Assembly: GCF_009914755.1 (NCBI RefSeq)
Contig: NC_060947.1
DNA: 64,000 nucleotides
From: the human T2T-CHM13v2.0 reference genome, Homo sapiens
Direction: 5' to 3' (one strand)
Shown here: in pieces, positions 40,001 to 57,928 of the stretch
How the letters are laid out: every line of letters begins with the position of its first letter
How positions within the stretch are numbered: the stretch's first letter is position 1
Translations under genes and position numbers: made by a program
The notes under the pieces: generated by a model
Database searches by the model: none
The model's input: the letters and a program-made list of their open reading frames with translations, nothing else
What the model was told of the DNA's origin: nothing

Positions 40001-40073
40001 GTGTGCATGTCTCGTGGCCGAAGTTCAACAAGCTTACACATCTGTGCAATTTCACAAAATCTTTTTGAACAGT

Positions 40074-40132
40074 TTAGTATCTTTCTGGAGAAGGCTTGTA
40101 ATGATGTGGATGACGATGCTTAAGATGAGATC
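40074..40132 (-). CDS. ANOS1: Anosmin-1 exon 14, coding part (RSHLKHRHPHHYKPSPERY*), His-rich C-terminus
   Basis: Acceptor ctttttag|GATCTC; 59 nt; TAA at 40074-76; phase matches exon 13. Confidence 0.96.
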
Positions 40133-41019
40133 CTAAAAAGTGACAAAATATGTCAGTCACATCCATTTGTATGTATCAAATAAATGATAGAATTACCTTT
40201 ATTTGTAGAAAAAGCACGAGACCCTGGCAAATGTTCCTTCCTATGACCATGTCTTTCCTATTCTGAATCTGAATGTACAACCACACTCTTTCTCTCCTTT
40301 TCCTGTTTTTCTCTTCCTCTTTGATGTCTTCCCAAACTATAAAATAACAAGAAAAAGAAGACAAGCTCCTTTCCTTAAGCTCACACTTATCCAATCAAAC
40401 CATAATCCTTTTTTATTTGCTCAAAGAAGTTTAAAAATTATCAAATACTTCTGTTAAAAGGAATTTCTATGAAGGAATATCAGAAAAGCATTTATCTGAC
40501 AAAAATTTTAGAGGCTATCAAGCTCTCCCATTGTGATAGTTTTTGTTTTTCTTCAAATTATAAGCATACCAAGTTATCAATTATAAGCATACCAATCTAT
40601 CATTTAAAAAAATCAGAGTTAAAACTATGACTAATTCTCAATGTTTTGTCCACACACTAGTCATCAGACACTTTTTTAAAAAATTTAAGCTAGAAAATAA
40701 AGTAAACGAAGTACATAATTTAAAAATCAGCAAGAGGCTGTTTTGAAAATCTAGGTGACAATTTTCTTTTTAAATTTTACTTGATTTAGCAATAAATGAA
40801 GTAGGTGGACTTGGGTCATATCATGAAGAAAATTCATAATATTTATTACAGTAATATCTATGTAACAAGAACATAAGTTCCTTAGCAAAATATTATTTCC
40901 TATATTGTGATATATGAAAATCTTGATTTAAAAATATTTCAGATATGAGACTACAGATTTTTTTCCCATATGTATTTATGGTTTAAAAGACAAGGAAAAA
41001 AGCATGCATTACATAGGGG

Positions 41020-41180
41020 AAAATGCAAGGAAGGAAAAAAAAAACAAAGGAAGGATAGAGGAAAGGAGAAAAGAAGAGAGGGAAGAATGAAGGAGGGAGG
41101 GAGAGAGGATGGAGAAAGGAAACAAGGAAGGAGCAAAGAAAGGGAGAAAAGCGGGGAAGAGGGAGGGAGGGAGAAAAAGA
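41020..41180. repeat. GA-rich low complexity (intron 13)
   Basis: Purine-rich GGAA/GAGG runs. Confidence 0.8.
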
Positions 41181-41212
41181 ACAATTAAGCATCAACTATG
41201 CAATGTATACTA

Positions 41213-41539
<327 letters not shown>

Positions 41540-42612
41540 CTAAGGGGACAACATAAAAGAGCATGCTCACCGACAACCTTTCAGAGACAACATGCAATGC
41601 ACAGAGAGCCTAGAACAGTTTTTCCCCCACTGGAGAATATCATACACAGGCAAGTTTGGTTGCTTTGTAAAGGCATAGTTTAATTTATAGACTATTTCTC
41701 ATTTGTGGGGGTTCTCTGCCATATGGTTTCTTAGCACCTCACTCAATTCTTGGCAGCCTAAGACACTTGGCAGAGTTAAAATATGCTGAGGTGCCAGTTC
41801 TCAGGGCTCACTCCTGGGATTTTATTTATTTTTTTAATTCCTTAACGTAAAACTTTCCCATGGTTTAAAGTCTTCAGCTGCACATCTTGTGATGTGAACT
41901 CTTGATAGTCCAAATTTCAGTGAATGAGCCAACTGTTTTTCTTAAAACACAGTATCTGTCAATGCCCATAACTGAAAATGTTTATTTTTATGCCAACATA
42001 TTCTTCTCAAAACTCAATAAAACCTAGTACATTTATAGAATAACTACTCTCTAATTCCATGGAATTTTTCCTTCTGAGATTTAAGTTGTGTTTCTTTCCC
42101 TCTCTGCCCCTCTTTTTGGATTTTGTAACGGTAGTTGGCTATTCTAAGGGCATTTTCAGAGAGGGTAAAATCCCACACATGATTTTTTTTTTTTTTTTTT
42201 GAAGCCAAGGAATTAAGTGGCCTGGAAGACAGGCCAACTCATTACAGCCTCGAGCCAAATTTGAAGTTGCGGGGAAGACGGACAAACAACAAGCTTCTTT
42301 TAGCTATTCCTGCCCTCCCCAATTCAACACTTCAAACAGGGCATGTTCACTTGGACCAGAGAGACATGAGGTTAACAAAGATAGAAGAAAATGGCTCAAT
42401 CACTTATATACAAGATAGGGTAAGGTCTTTTCATGAGTTGGCTCTAGCCATCAAACTTTATCTAGATGGCAGCTTATGCTACTTCTTAGCTATGCAGTCA
42501 CATTTGTGATGTGTTAATGCTTGCAAAAGATACACTCAGAAGAAGAAAATGCAAAAATAAGACTCAATAGTGCAGCACACAGAATGACAGAGGTAGCCAC
42601 CTCTGAAGGTCA

Positions 42613-42966
<354 letters not shown>

Positions 42967-43264
42967 TCAGCGGCCAGTCTATGGGATGATATTAATAGAA
43001 GCAATGTGACCTTGTTCTTTAAACATGGGTTCAGACAATCACCCCTTTGACATATGGGGATAGGTTGAGTAGGAATCTCCTCACTCCAACTTTGTACTAA
43101 ATGCTTCTTCCAGTCTTTTGGGGATCATTTTTAGAATGCTCTTTTGAAGATGGAGGCAGGAGAGCAGTTTAGACCCTGGCAAGACTTAACTATTTCTTAA
43201 AGAATAGCATTGACTGCAGTGAGAAGGTAAATATTAAAGCTGTTAGAAGAGTTATTAAATCCGA

Positions 43265-43267
<3 letters not shown>

Positions 43268-43300
<33 letters not shown>

Positions 43301-43413
43301 GTGAGATCTTGCTATGTTGCCCATGTTGGTCTGGAACTCCAGGGCTCAAGTGATTCTCTCATCTCAGCCTCTCAAAGTACTGGGATTTCAGGCATGAGCC
43401 GCCATGCCTGGCC
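43268..43413 (-). mobile_element. FLAM_C-like monomer (intron 11)
   Basis: Poly-T plus TCTTGCTATGTTGCCC...GCCTGGCC. Confidence 0.82.
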
Positions 43414-43760
43414 AAATCCAGGGCATTTAAAAGACTTTTTCCCACTGCAAGACAGGGACATTGGCAAGGAGATGGGATGGAAGGTACAGATGTGAGGTTT
43501 GCCAGGTTGGCATGGAAAGTGTGTGAGTATAACCCACGCAGCAAAGGGGTGGGAAAATAATGAAATAATTATATCAAACTTTCCCAAAACACAAGCGGTA
43601 TCTAAATGTTTGCCTTCATTTCCAAAGGGATAACATTACTATCAAAGGACATCTTTCCAAGCCTGTTAGGCTTTAAAATAACACATTCATTCCTACATCT
43701 CTTCCCTCCACATTGGGCCATCATAACACAACTTAGAAAGAGAGGCACTTTTGGTTTTCA

Positions 43761-44021
<261 letters not shown>

Positions 44022-44707
44022 CTAGAGCAAGAGAAAGAGAATTATGCTAGCAATAAATCTCATTAGGGATTAAAAAACACTGGCAAGAATTGAAATCATA
44101 TTCCATCCAACAAGGATGTTTTCCTATATAGTGTGTGCAATATGGCTTTTATAAAAAGTACAAAGCACATACTGTCCACATTTTGATTAATGACAATTGT
44201 GAAACACTCCCATGGCTGCGGGATATGCCTTCTAGAATTAAACAGTATCATAATAATTCCTCATCAAAGCAGGCTACTTCTAAGGTCGCAATCAGCATTT
44301 TTGAGTTGGTAGCAGTGCAGGTAGTGGTGTAAAGCTGTAAATACAAATCTAACTTTTTTCAGTTAAAAAAAACTAACGCAGGCTTCTCTGAGACATAGAA
44401 TTAGTTTATATGTAAGTTTTTCTGTTAAAAAATGATGATATTCTTTAGCAATATAATTTTTCCCTTTTTTGGAGTGCTGTTACTGTTTTCTGCCATAATG
44501 TTGTGATTAAATATAAATAAAAGAAAGAGGCTAAATGGTAAGGAGTCACGGGCTAAGAATATAACTTTATGATAATGTCAAAAGATGACATTTCCTGTGA
44601 TAACAGGTGTGTATCTCTGTTTCTTTCATATTTGGCTAAATGGCACTTATCCATTCTGTTTTGTATTTACCAATTCTTAATGTATATGTATAAAAGTGCA
44701 GATGGAT

Positions 44708-44826
44708 AGCTGGGCATGGTGACTCGTGTCATAGTCCTAGCTACTCGAGAGGCTGAGGTGGGAGGATCGCTTGAACTCAGGAGTTTGTGACCAGCTTGGT
44801 CAACATAGTGAGACTCCATGGTTTTT

Positions 44827-44864
<38 letters not shown>
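44708..44864 (+). mobile_element. FLAM-like monomer followed by (TG)n microsatellite (44829-44864), intron 10
   Basis: AGCTGGGCATGGTG..GGAGGATCGCTTGAACTCAGGAG..CAACATAGTGAGAC; ~18 TG units. Confidence 0.82.
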
Positions 44865-44866
<2 letters not shown>

Positions 44867-46733
44867 AATTATTTTTTAAGAGAGGAAAAAAAGTACAGAT
44901 GGAATATCTCTGGCACTCATTGGATGATGGGTAGGGGATCTTGCTAGAAAGCAGCAGCGTTGACGGGAAAAACATGAGACAAGAATTAAAATCAAAACTG
45001 AGGCTTGAGTGATTTACTTAAGTGAGGAGTGGAAGTGGCTGCAGGTGACAGAGCACTGAATGTTCAAAAGAGACCGGGAGTGACCTCCAGGTGTGCTGGC
45101 CCTTCATCCAGATGGTGACAGGAGATGGGGTGCACCCAACTCTGCAGCCAGTTAGCACAAACAGTGAATAGGAAACAAATCAATCTGGACAACGCAAGAC
45201 CAACCCAAGCCCAACCCAAGCCCAAGCCAAGGCCACCATGTTTCTTTGGGAGTCTGAATTGCTTTTCTTTGGAAATAAATCTGCTCTTTACATGGGACTA
45301 TACTGGAATCCAAGGTTAGCTATTAAGGATCCTGTTTCACAGATATTTCAAGATTGTTTTCATATTGCATAGGAGACAGACATCTGCAGCAGTAAGTGAA
45401 TTAGTGGATGCTCCATTGTAGCATAAAAACAAATTATAATAATTGGATCTAAAGGTTTAAAACTAAATACAGATAAGTTCTAAACCCCTAGAAGGATAAT
45501 TTTTCAGGAGTTTGATTTTTATTTCTACCAGATACATTACATCTGCTCAGCAAATAGTTGTTACCACTTTCAGAGTTCCTAAAGATGATAAGCCTAGGAT
45601 TGGGGAATTGCATTGACATAAGCCCAGTTCTGTAAGGTTCTGAGGCACACACATATAAGTAAAACAAAAACCTCACCCCTCTGCCCACAAAAATATTAAT
45701 AATTCCAGCTTCTGTTTATTGCTTTCTCTGCTTTTCAAATCGACTTCCTTATTTAGAATGTCTGTTTAATTATTTTACTGAAGGTCACAAACATTGGAGC
45801 TAATTTAAGGATAAATACAAGGAGAAACATTGCTGAACATGAGACAAATTAAGTCCAGTAAAAAAGAAAAAGAATCTGTGTATTTCTGAAAATCCAGTGA
45901 CTTGTTTTATCTCACTCTCTTAAAATTATGCCAGCAGGTATGGTTCTTAAAATATCGTGCTTGCTTTAGAAAATGTTCAAAACAAAAATATTCTAGTTAC
46001 ATATCACAAACCAAAACATTCTATGTTTGGGGCCATGTTTTTGGATTTTTTAAACTGTCCTGAGGTATCACATATAAACTGCCATCAAAGTGTATTATAC
46101 ACTGTATAATAAAATGACCTCTTAAATATTTTGTGTTAGTTTGTTGATTCTAATCTATAATTCATGAATGAACCCCAAAATATTTGGAATAACATTTTGG
46201 GCAATATTGACAGAGTTGCTATCCTCAGAGAGTTTAATGTTCTCTTAAAGTTGAAAGTCAAAATATTGGTGCATGCTATACAGGACAGGGAGATTATTTC
46301 ACTAACTGAGCTGATGGCAGTTAGGGACATGGTGCTCAATGATAGAGTCACATAGAAATCCACTTGTACCATTACACCTTTAGATCACGGTGACATGTCA
46401 AAATTCAGAAAATAATTCAAAGCTTTTGTCCAGTTAAGATGAAGCACACACATACTCAGACATATTTCCCCCTGAAATATGGGAGTTCTTTAAGAACTGT
46501 GTCTTTAGTCTCTGCACTTTAGGTTTTGCTCCATGTGGATAACAGAGTAAGCTCCCAGTGCAATGGTGTGAATGGATAAAAGAATGAGTGAATATAATGA
46601 CCATTCTGCTTTCCACTTCCATCAAGTCATTACTCCATAGCTGATTTGTGGGAATGAGTTATCTGTTTGACCTGTCTAGTTTGTACATCCTCCTGTCTAA
46701 TTATGTTCACAGATCAAGTTGGCCTAGAGATCA

Positions 46734-46991
<258 letters not shown>

Positions 46992-48201
46992 TTACTTAAT
47001 AATTATAATAATTAGTAATTCTGAATACTTAATCATTAAGAACAAAGTAAGGGAAAAAAGTAATATACTGCCAAGGGAAAACCTGTGTTGAAGTGCAAGC
47101 ACTAAGTAGAAAAAAAAATTAGTAAATTCATAGCAAAATGATTCCAAAGATGTCTTGAGAATAACCTAGCCATGGTTTTTACAGTAAGCAAAGCCCTACA
47201 ATGAAAGGCAACACCTAGCAACAGCTCTCGTAATTCCTGTTGCAAAAGAGAATCATCAGAAGTTTCTCAATCCTACCTTTTTTTTTGATAAAGATGAGAT
47301 ACTATTGAATCCACACAAGAACAAAAACATTCCCTTCACACTTGCAGAATTGGCTATCCACGTTTATTTCCTGTTATGTATTGCCATAAAGAAGTTCTTT
47401 TGTCCAAAGGATAGGGACGTATGCTTCCCACTCTCCCTTAACCAAGCGCATCGTGGCATTTCTGTATGGCTGATCCCTACTGAAATATGACTTGGTGTTC
47501 TCAAACACAGGCCAGAAGACTGACCCTTTGAACACGTTTATTCCCAGGGCAAGAGGAATATTTTCTGTACATTTCTTTACTTTGGACAATAAAGTGGGGG
47601 GAAAAAAGATAAAATAGCGGCAAGCAACTCAATGAGTGTGGGAAAGCAGACCTTGACAGTCTCGGGTTTATTAATCACCCCAGTGTGTCCGAGGAGTGTG
47701 AAATGGCACCAAATGGCACCATTTTGCAGGTGATTTAACATCTTGTCCCCCAACATCATGCCAAGTGTTTGATGGGAGTTTTCAGAGGAGAAAACTCTTT
47801 GATGAAATTGGGTTGATCTAGTGGGAACTTCGCTTTGAGCACTTTGGAACCAGAAAAGAAGAACTTTAAATCCGAGAAAGCAAACAGATATAAAAGTGGG
47901 CACTCCGGGCATTTAGCTAAAAGAGAAATCATGTACTAGAGGTTTTAATTTTTACATAGCAGACATCAAGAGTTTATTTTTTAAAAAAAGAATTATAGGC
48001 TATGCACAACGCTGAAGTCAATCACTGAGTGTGTTCATGTTCTTCCATTCAACAGCAATGAAATAATCACACAGGAGTGGCTGCTGCCCTCCTGAATTTT
48101 ACATAGTAATGGGGCCAATAATAACAGAGAATAAATACAATACATAGATAAGATAGATATTATGTTAGAACGTAGTAAGTCCACATATAAATACAGAAGG
48201 T

Positions 48202-48580
<379 letters not shown>

Positions 48581-48682
48581 TTATATAAGGCGGCTGGCGT
48601 GTGTTCAATTCTGAGTCAGGACTTGAAGAAGGTGTAGCAGTGGGTAGTGGCACTGCAGAGACCTGTGGGAGGGTGTTCTCAG

Positions 48683-48876
48683 CCAGTCCTGTCCAACAGA
48701 ACTGGCGGGTGTGATGGAAATGTTCTGTCTGTGGTAAACACTAGTCACCTGTGCCTATAAAGCATTTCACATGTCCTCTGTTTAACAGAGGAATTTAATT
48801 CTTTATTCTGTTTCATTTTAATTAATTTAAATTTAAACAGCTGAAGATGGCCATGGTTACAATATTGGGCAGCTTA
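48683..48876. mobile_element. MER3-like hAT MITE
   Basis: CTGTCCAACAGAACT..GTGATGGAAATGTTCT..ATTTTAATTAATTTAAATTTAAA..ATATTGGGCAGC. Confidence 0.75.
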
Positions 48877-49568
48877 AATGCTCTACCAGCAGGGAATACA
48901 CAGCACGTGCCAAAGTGCTGACATGAGAACGGAGCATGACGGATGACTGAAGGTCTTTGGTGAAGAGCAGTCAGGGGACTTGGGGTGGCTACATTACAGC
49001 AATACAAGGAGGCTTGGCTGCCCTGGGGATCCTCCATATCCTAAAAATCCTTTACATATTTTACAATGCAATTATATTTTCATAGGAGGCAGCATCAAGA
49101 GTGACACATGGGGCACTCCTTTTGGGTTCCCTCCCTTTTGTTAGCCCTAAATCTCGCCATGTCTGAGTTCACTGCACTTTCATCTTCTCTCTGTGTCACC
49201 TCCATGAATCACTTCATTGATTCCCATGGTTTGAAAAATTTTTCTGCTGACAGCTCCCAAATGTCTACTTTCACCTGAGCTAGTCCCTTGAAGAGCTGAT
49301 GCTCCCTCCTTCCTCTCCCATGTGGAGGCTTTCCAAACTCAACTTTGCTGTAGCTACCATGTTGATTTCTGCACCTCAACTGCTCCTTGCATTCACACTT
49401 TTCTTTCTGGCTGTAGGATGCAGAATTTTGACCCCACACATAACCTTCGAGGAAGGTGGGCTTCAGCAAGCAACTCCAACAGCCTCAGTGAGCCTCATTC
49501 CCTGTATCTGAGAATAAGGATACTAATTCAGCCAATGCAATAGGTTTGGTGTGTTTTAAATCAGTTCA

Positions 49569-49940
49569 TGTACTGGTTTTCTACAGCTGCTGTGACAAAT
49601 TACCTTGAGTGTAGATGCTTAAAACAATATAAATGTCTTCTCTTCTGGAGGTCTGAAATGGGTGTCACTGGTCTAAAATCAAGGCAGGCCTGTACTCCTT
49701 TCTGGAGGCTCCAGGGAAGAATGTATTTTCATGACTTTTCAGGTTTCTAGAGGCTTCTGGAATTCTTTGGCTGGTGGTGCCCTTCCACCAGCTTCAAAGT
49801 CAACAACACTGGGCTGAGTCCTTCGCACCATGCCATCTCTCTGATTCTTGCACTCTGCTTCCCTATTCTACTTTTAAGGACTTTTGTGATTGTATTCGTT
49901 TCCACCCAAATAATTAAGGGTAATATCCCCATCTCAAGGT
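49569..49940 (-). mobile_element. MLT1C-like LTR
   Basis: TGTACTGGTTTTCT..GCTGCTGTGACAAATTACC; CTTTCTGGAGGCTCCAGGGAAGAAT; CCCCATCTCAAG. Confidence 0.75.
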
Positions 49941-50644
49941 TGGCTTTGAGTCATTGAATGGCTTTTCTCTGCCCTCTGAATAAAGACACTAATACTCAGC
50001 CTGGCTTCCAGGTCTCCACTGCCTCTACATATTCATCTCATGCAGACACTCCTCTCGTTCCCAATGTTTTGTTTGATTCTGTGGTTACTTCATGAATCCC
50101 TGTCAACCCCATTTGGTTAGAGCTCCATAACTATAAAGATAATGCCTATTTGCTGTCACTGTTGCATAAACAAAGATGAGCATGGTGCCTGGCAGGTGAT
50201 AAACAGACAGTAAACATTTAATGAATAAATAAGTGAACAAAGGTATACCAGTTCAAATTCACTTTTATTTCTCTACTCATTCTGGCAACAGTGAAAATAA
50301 TTCCTTATAATCTAAGACACGGAAGAAAGTGTGAAAAGACATGATATTACATAAGGTAATTAAAAGCAATCTGAGAAAGTAAAATATAAATTAAACTTAG
50401 ATTAAAAATGCCCTGAAAGTATTGTAAATGGCACCCCCAAATGACCAGTATGGGGACTAACAATGCCCACACTCATTTATGTGAGTTGAGCTCAATTTTA
50501 ACAGATCAATTCATAGATATTTGCTTTGATGGAAGTCATTTATACAAACATCATGTCCTTAGCTTTATCTTGCTAATTACTAAAATCCTAAGAGCTTGTA
50601 TTTTAGGTTATGACTGCAGGTCTCAATCTGTAACTAGAATATTA

Positions 50645-51068
<424 letters not shown>

Positions 51069-51719
51069 TTACAAAGAAAGTACCTGAAAAGTATTTTTAA
51101 GTGATAAAAAATTTACCTGTAATATGCTTCAACTATGGTTCAAAAATTAGATGGGTCTAATTTTCTTTTCAAATAGATGTAACTCACAGTGTCTGGCATA
51201 AACAAAGGGCTCTAAAATTTTTCATTAAATGTGAATTCCTCAGTTCGCAAAAGTCTAATGACAAAGAATGATAGGGTTATTGACATTAGAGCTCTGAGAA
51301 AGAGGCAATCCTTGGGTTCTCCAGAATAATAATTGCTTTAAAAAGAATTGTAAGTCACAGCACTAGGGAAGGGGGCACACACTTAGAGAGGTGTCACAGA
51401 ATGCCAATTCCATCAGGGTAGGGATTTCTGTCTGCCTCTTTGCAGTGTTTTAGCATCGGAAATGGTGCATTGCATACAGTAGGTGCTCAGTAAAGGTTAG
51501 TTGAATGAAGTCCTCTCATGGATCAATGCCTCATACTCTATCTGTAAACATGATCTGGTGAAACAGAACTTTCTGATGTACAACTAAAATAAGAATTTTT
51601 GAGTATCACATAGGCATTTCTACTTAAAATAGAAGCATGAATGTTTCCTCTATGTCTGAGCTAACTTTTCACATTTACGTTGTAGAGACACAAAGTCTAG
51701 AGCCAGAAAACCATCAAGA

Positions 51720-52520
<801 letters not shown>

Positions 52521-53679
52521 TTAAAACAATTGTTTATTCTATTATTACACAGTAAAAATGAACTAATATCAATGGAGTAATAAAATTACTAACAAAATTA
52601 GCTAAGTGGAATTGTTTTAAAATAATGTTTGTTCTACAAATGCAATGTTGAAAATATTTATTTTCTCCCAGAGCATTCACTATTATAACCCAACTACTAT
52701 GTGTATTAAGTAAAGAAAGCTAATATTTGACGTTTAATTCATTTATCTATGAAACTACATGCTACATCCTAATAACTGAAACTGTCTCTGAAAAATTTTG
52801 AGTGAAATGAATAGATTTGGGCTTTTAGGTCCCTAACTCCAAGTCCAAAAGCAATATTTTGCCCACCATCACTTTTAGGAAATGTGACATAAGAACCCAT
52901 TTCTGTTTATGATTGAGTTTTGATTAATGAGCAAGATTCTTTTCTTCCCTTATTTGCCAAAAGCATTAAGTCTTTTTAGGTTTTCAACTCAGTGTGTCCA
53001 CAATTGGAAATAAATTATCATTCAAAAATATTCAGCTACTTGTCAAGGAGTTTGAAACCACTTTAGATGGGTCTATTGAGTTTCATACAGAGGAGATAAT
53101 TTCTCATTTTACAAAGTCAAAAAAATCCAGAAAATCCAGCCAAAGTGTCCTTTCCCATGACAGAAACTGTGCTGATATTCACATTCCGTACAGTGCTCCT
53201 ATGCTAGTAATACTGAGTCCATTTCAAAGGTCTCCTTTCCTACATGTGTGATAATTATGAATAAGAGCATGTTTTATGAATGTCTGGGGAAACTTTGGTT
53301 TGGGATTCTGTAGATCATGTGGTGAGTACATAAAAGGTTTCTGTAAGGAGGAAAAATGTGGAATAAGTTTGAAACACATACTTTCCTCTTCATTGTTCTT
53401 TGGACTTCCCAAAGCTTTCTACCACTCCCTTCTATCATGTGTTCAACATCATGAGCTCTGCTACAATTTATATGTTCATTTGGCTTTCAGATTTAAAATA
53501 ACAAGGGAAGTGGGAATGGATAAAATTTAAGAAAAAGGACTTTTTGGAAAATACGAAACTCTAATTAGAGCATGAGCTGTTCTCAGCTCCTAATAGTAAG
53601 TGTGTGTGTGATCCAGTGGAAATCAACTAACATTTGCAGATCCCCTGACAGTATAGTCAGTGGATTGACCATAGCTCCA

Positions 53680-54750
53680 GTCAAATCCACGATGCTATCA
53701 CAGAGCTGCCTCCTGAGCTACAAGTATGTATTTCTGACTGCCTATGACATTTTCTGGCAATCATGTAGTTATCTCAAATTCGACACACCAAAACCAAATT
53801 CTCCATATCATGGAGACATATCCCATGAAACATATCATAATTCTACTGCTCACAATCTTTGTTAGTCGAAGTACTGTTAGTCATTCAAGCTAGAAGATAA
53901 ACACTCCATTTAGATCCATTTCTCTTTTTCTCTTCAGGCAGGTCTTAATATCCAAGTGGCCATACATCCTGGCTTTCCTGGGAGAGTTACAGTCTATGTC
54001 TGTTGGTGGGGAATAATGTTTACAAATGCCTCCTTTTATTCTCAAATAAATCCCAGTTCAGACAATAAATTATGTGGTCACTTGTGTAATACTCTTACAT
54101 AACTCGCCAACCTTCCTCCTCCTACTGCTGTCTCTAATTCATGATCTGATTATTTCTTGTCTTGGCTACTGAAATTAACCGACGTGCTCTCTCTGAACTT
54201 TTCCAATCCATATTCCTTGCACACTTGCTTTTGCTAACATCTCTAAGTCCTGCTCAGAATTTCCCCTGCTACTTCACATCCCTCTCCTCCATGTAGAACA
54301 AAATCCAAGCTTCCTGGCATACCATATAAGCTTCTCCATCACTTGACATTGATCTGTCTCTCCAGCCTCACACAGTCACTTCCTCAATCTCACCAATACT
54401 TGACATTCCCGATCTTTCTCCCAGCTGCACCTCTTCATGTCCTGGGCCAGAAGTGTTCATCTTCCCTGGCCAAAAAAAGTAATCCAGCCTTTAAAATGTA
54501 CCTTAAACTTTACCTCCTCTGTGAAAATTCCTCTGCACACAACGTCAAAATCTCTCTGCTCTCAACTACTTCAGCTGTTTATCCAGACTGCTATGAAGAA
54601 TAATGTCTTATTATGTGGCAACTGCCTAACTGCCTAAGCCTCAGAACTGCAGGTTCCTTAAAGGTAGGAAATCTCTCTTATCCGTTATTGTATTCCCATC
54701 ACGTGGCACACAGCCTGGCATAAAGTCGGTAATTTGTGTCCATTTGCAAA
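53680..54750. mobile_element. L2 remnants
   Basis: AAATCCAAGCTTCCTGGCAT; TTGTATTCCCA.CACGTGGCACACAGCCTGGCATA; boundaries approximate. Confidence 0.6.
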
Positions 54751-54766
54751 AGAAGACAAAAAGTGA

Positions 54767-55093
<327 letters not shown>

Positions 55094-57928
55094 AATTCAA
55101 AGTTTTAAAACTTCACATTTTCAAATGAAAGTTGAACATACCATTTTTGGATGTATTAAAATACTCATCTAAAGACTCTTATTACTGTTTGCAATGTTTA
55201 CTATATATCTAAAGGATTAACTTAAAAGAACAACCAGACCTTTCTTCCCGTTCTTTTTTTTCTATATTTCCTTTGTCACTTTAATTGAAAATGAAAAGAT
55301 TCTGCCACCAGCTGTCAGACACAGGATTTGTGTAGGAAAATTAAGCTCTATTTGTTTTTACACCCTATTATTTTGGTAAAGGGCTTAGCGTACTCAGTAG
55401 AGTCATAAGTATTCTGTCTAGATATTTTTACACAATGTTCTTTTTAGATTCCAAACTGTTTGGGAGGATCTTCCTAAACAAGGTAAAAGCAAAATGCCAA
55501 ATTCCATATTTTTGCCATTCTTTTGAAGGGAATCCATACCAAGTGTTTTCAAGAACTTCCTGTCACTTCAAAGAAAGTTTTAGCGTGAATATATAGAGAG
55601 GGCATGAGTTGAAATGGCAAGGAGCAGATGCATGGTCTACAAAAAAATCCACAGAACAAATCCTGACATGTCACTAAAGATGTAGAATGAATCTCTGTCT
55701 CTTGAGTAAGCAGTAACACTGTAACCACAATAGTTTTGACTGGAGGCTACACTGTCAACTGTTGAAGGCCACTGCACAGAACATTCTCTTTTAGAAATAT
55801 ATTTGAAATCAGTTATATCTTTGGAATCAAGGTTTTGGCCAGCCACAAAGAGTGTTCTCTGGCCAGCATGGATATGTACTTATTAGATGATGGCTTAATG
55901 TTGGTCTGTAGTAGGTAGCATTCCTGGAGGTTAACTCATTTCAGAGGCTGGAAATGGGTATGAAGAAAACAGTTTGAACACTAACTGACTGCGAGGCATT
56001 TCCATTAGTGAAACAAATCATTACTGACAAATAGAGGCTAGTTTACCTCCGTCACATGAGCTCATCACTCCCAGCTTCTCCTTTGTGGCCCAGGGTCCAA
56101 GTCACTAAACATCAATCAAGTCAGCATCACTTTTGGAACCCAAATCAAGGTCACTCCTTGCCTTTGGATCTTGTCCCTTTATCATCAAGTCCACAATTTC
56201 ATGCATCGTAAACTGGATAATACTATGGACTCTAATATTGATTAATAAATATTGAGACAATTCTCTGCTTATGGTTTCTTTAAAGATTTCAGTATTTGAG
56301 AAAACCACTGATATTCTTCACATTTATTTCTAACTTTGAGTTATTCAAAGTAATACGTGTGTATATATGTGTACATGTGTGTATATGTGTACATATCTAT
56401 GCCAACAACCATGTTTCCTATTTGTCATGCACTGAAATCATTATTGTATGGGAATATTGGTCATATTACTGCTTGCTGATACAGTGCAGTGAAGGTGAAT
56501 CTCTTTTCTTCTGCCAAATTTAATAAGATGCCTAAGTTTTGTAGCACTTGTATTGCAAATTGGACAATTAAATCATGTCTTAAAGCACTGCTCTTTGTTG
56601 TTCACAAAGGAGAAAACATTGAGAGTCAGTCCTAAAGCAACACCAAGCCTTAAAAGGCTGGGCTCAGAGGCTCTTTACGTCTGTCCTGACATCCTGTCCT
56701 CTCTCTGCACTATAAGCAGTGCCGTAAGAATCCTCACACTGAAACACCTAAGGTGTCTCCTTTGTGCCAGGCACCGGTCCAACCAATCTGGATGTGTAAT
56801 CTCATTTATTCCACACAACAGACCTAGGAGGTGATCTATAATGTTTCCTCTAGTTCATCATGTTAATAGAACAAAGAAGAAAAATGTATGATCATTTCAC
56901 TAGATGAAGTAAGAATATTTGATAAAAACCAGTATCCATTAACAACAAAAACTTTGCAAGTAAGAAGAGTAGGGGATTGTATTAATCTGACCAGGGATGT
57001 CTTCAAAAACCTTACACTTAAACATCATGCCTAATAGTATCACTTTTAGTCACCATTGTACTGAAACTCTCAGCCAGTTTTAAGGCAAGGGAAAACTAAA
57101 ACATCAAAGATATGGAAAGGAAAATATAAAATTCTCATTATTTACAAACTAGATGATGGTTTTTGTAGAAAAAATGCAAACAAATCATCAGAGAAAATGT
57201 TATAATTAACAAAGTGCTAAAACAATATTGCTGGATTCACAGTCAATATATGAATATAAAATATATTTATAATATACCAACAACAAAAATCAGAAAGTAT
57301 AATTGAGGAAAAAGTATGCCATCTATAATAGGATAAAAATAAACACAAATACCTTGGAAAAATCATATTAAAAAGTATCATACTTTCTATCCAATATATT
57401 ATAAAACATTGTTGAGACAAAAATTTTAAACCTGAATACAGTGGCATACCATGTTTGTAGATTGGAACACTCAGTATTTTTAAGATGCGAATTCTTCAAA
57501 ATCATTGACACGTGGATGAATTCAATCTCCATAAATATCTCAGGAAGTTTTTGTGGAAATCGAAAAATTAATTCAAATATGTATATAAAAATGCAAAAGG
57601 CCAGGAATAGTTGAGACAATTTGATAAAGAAATAAAAACTAGAGGACTATCATTAGAAATATTTATAAATCTATAGTAGTTAAGACAGTAAGGTATTGTC
57701 ACAACATTGCAAAAATATGTCAAAGACTCTATAGAAAGTCCAAAAATTAACTTGCACATATATGCATTATTTAGGGCAAATGAGGCACTGTAGAGCTTTG
57801 GGGAAAATAGTCATTTAAAAAATATATCATGATGTATCAGAGAAGGAGATCAGAAGGAAAAAAAAAAAAGAACACTGACCCTCTACAACAAAAATCAATT
57901 CTGGGTAAAAGAGCTTAAGAATAAAAGG

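Larger units (their letters stand above)
35950..40073 (-). other. ANOS1: ANOS1 3'UTR (non-coding part of exon 14)
   Basis: AT-rich, nearly repeat-free stretch from the TAA stop to the distal AATAAA; further AATAAA at 36126-31, 37477-82 and 37484-89. Confidence 0.8.

Noticed and set aside
45200-45232. (CCCAAG/CCCAA)n short repeat resembling a telomeric variant
   Set aside because: Only about five degenerate units; ordinary microsatellite
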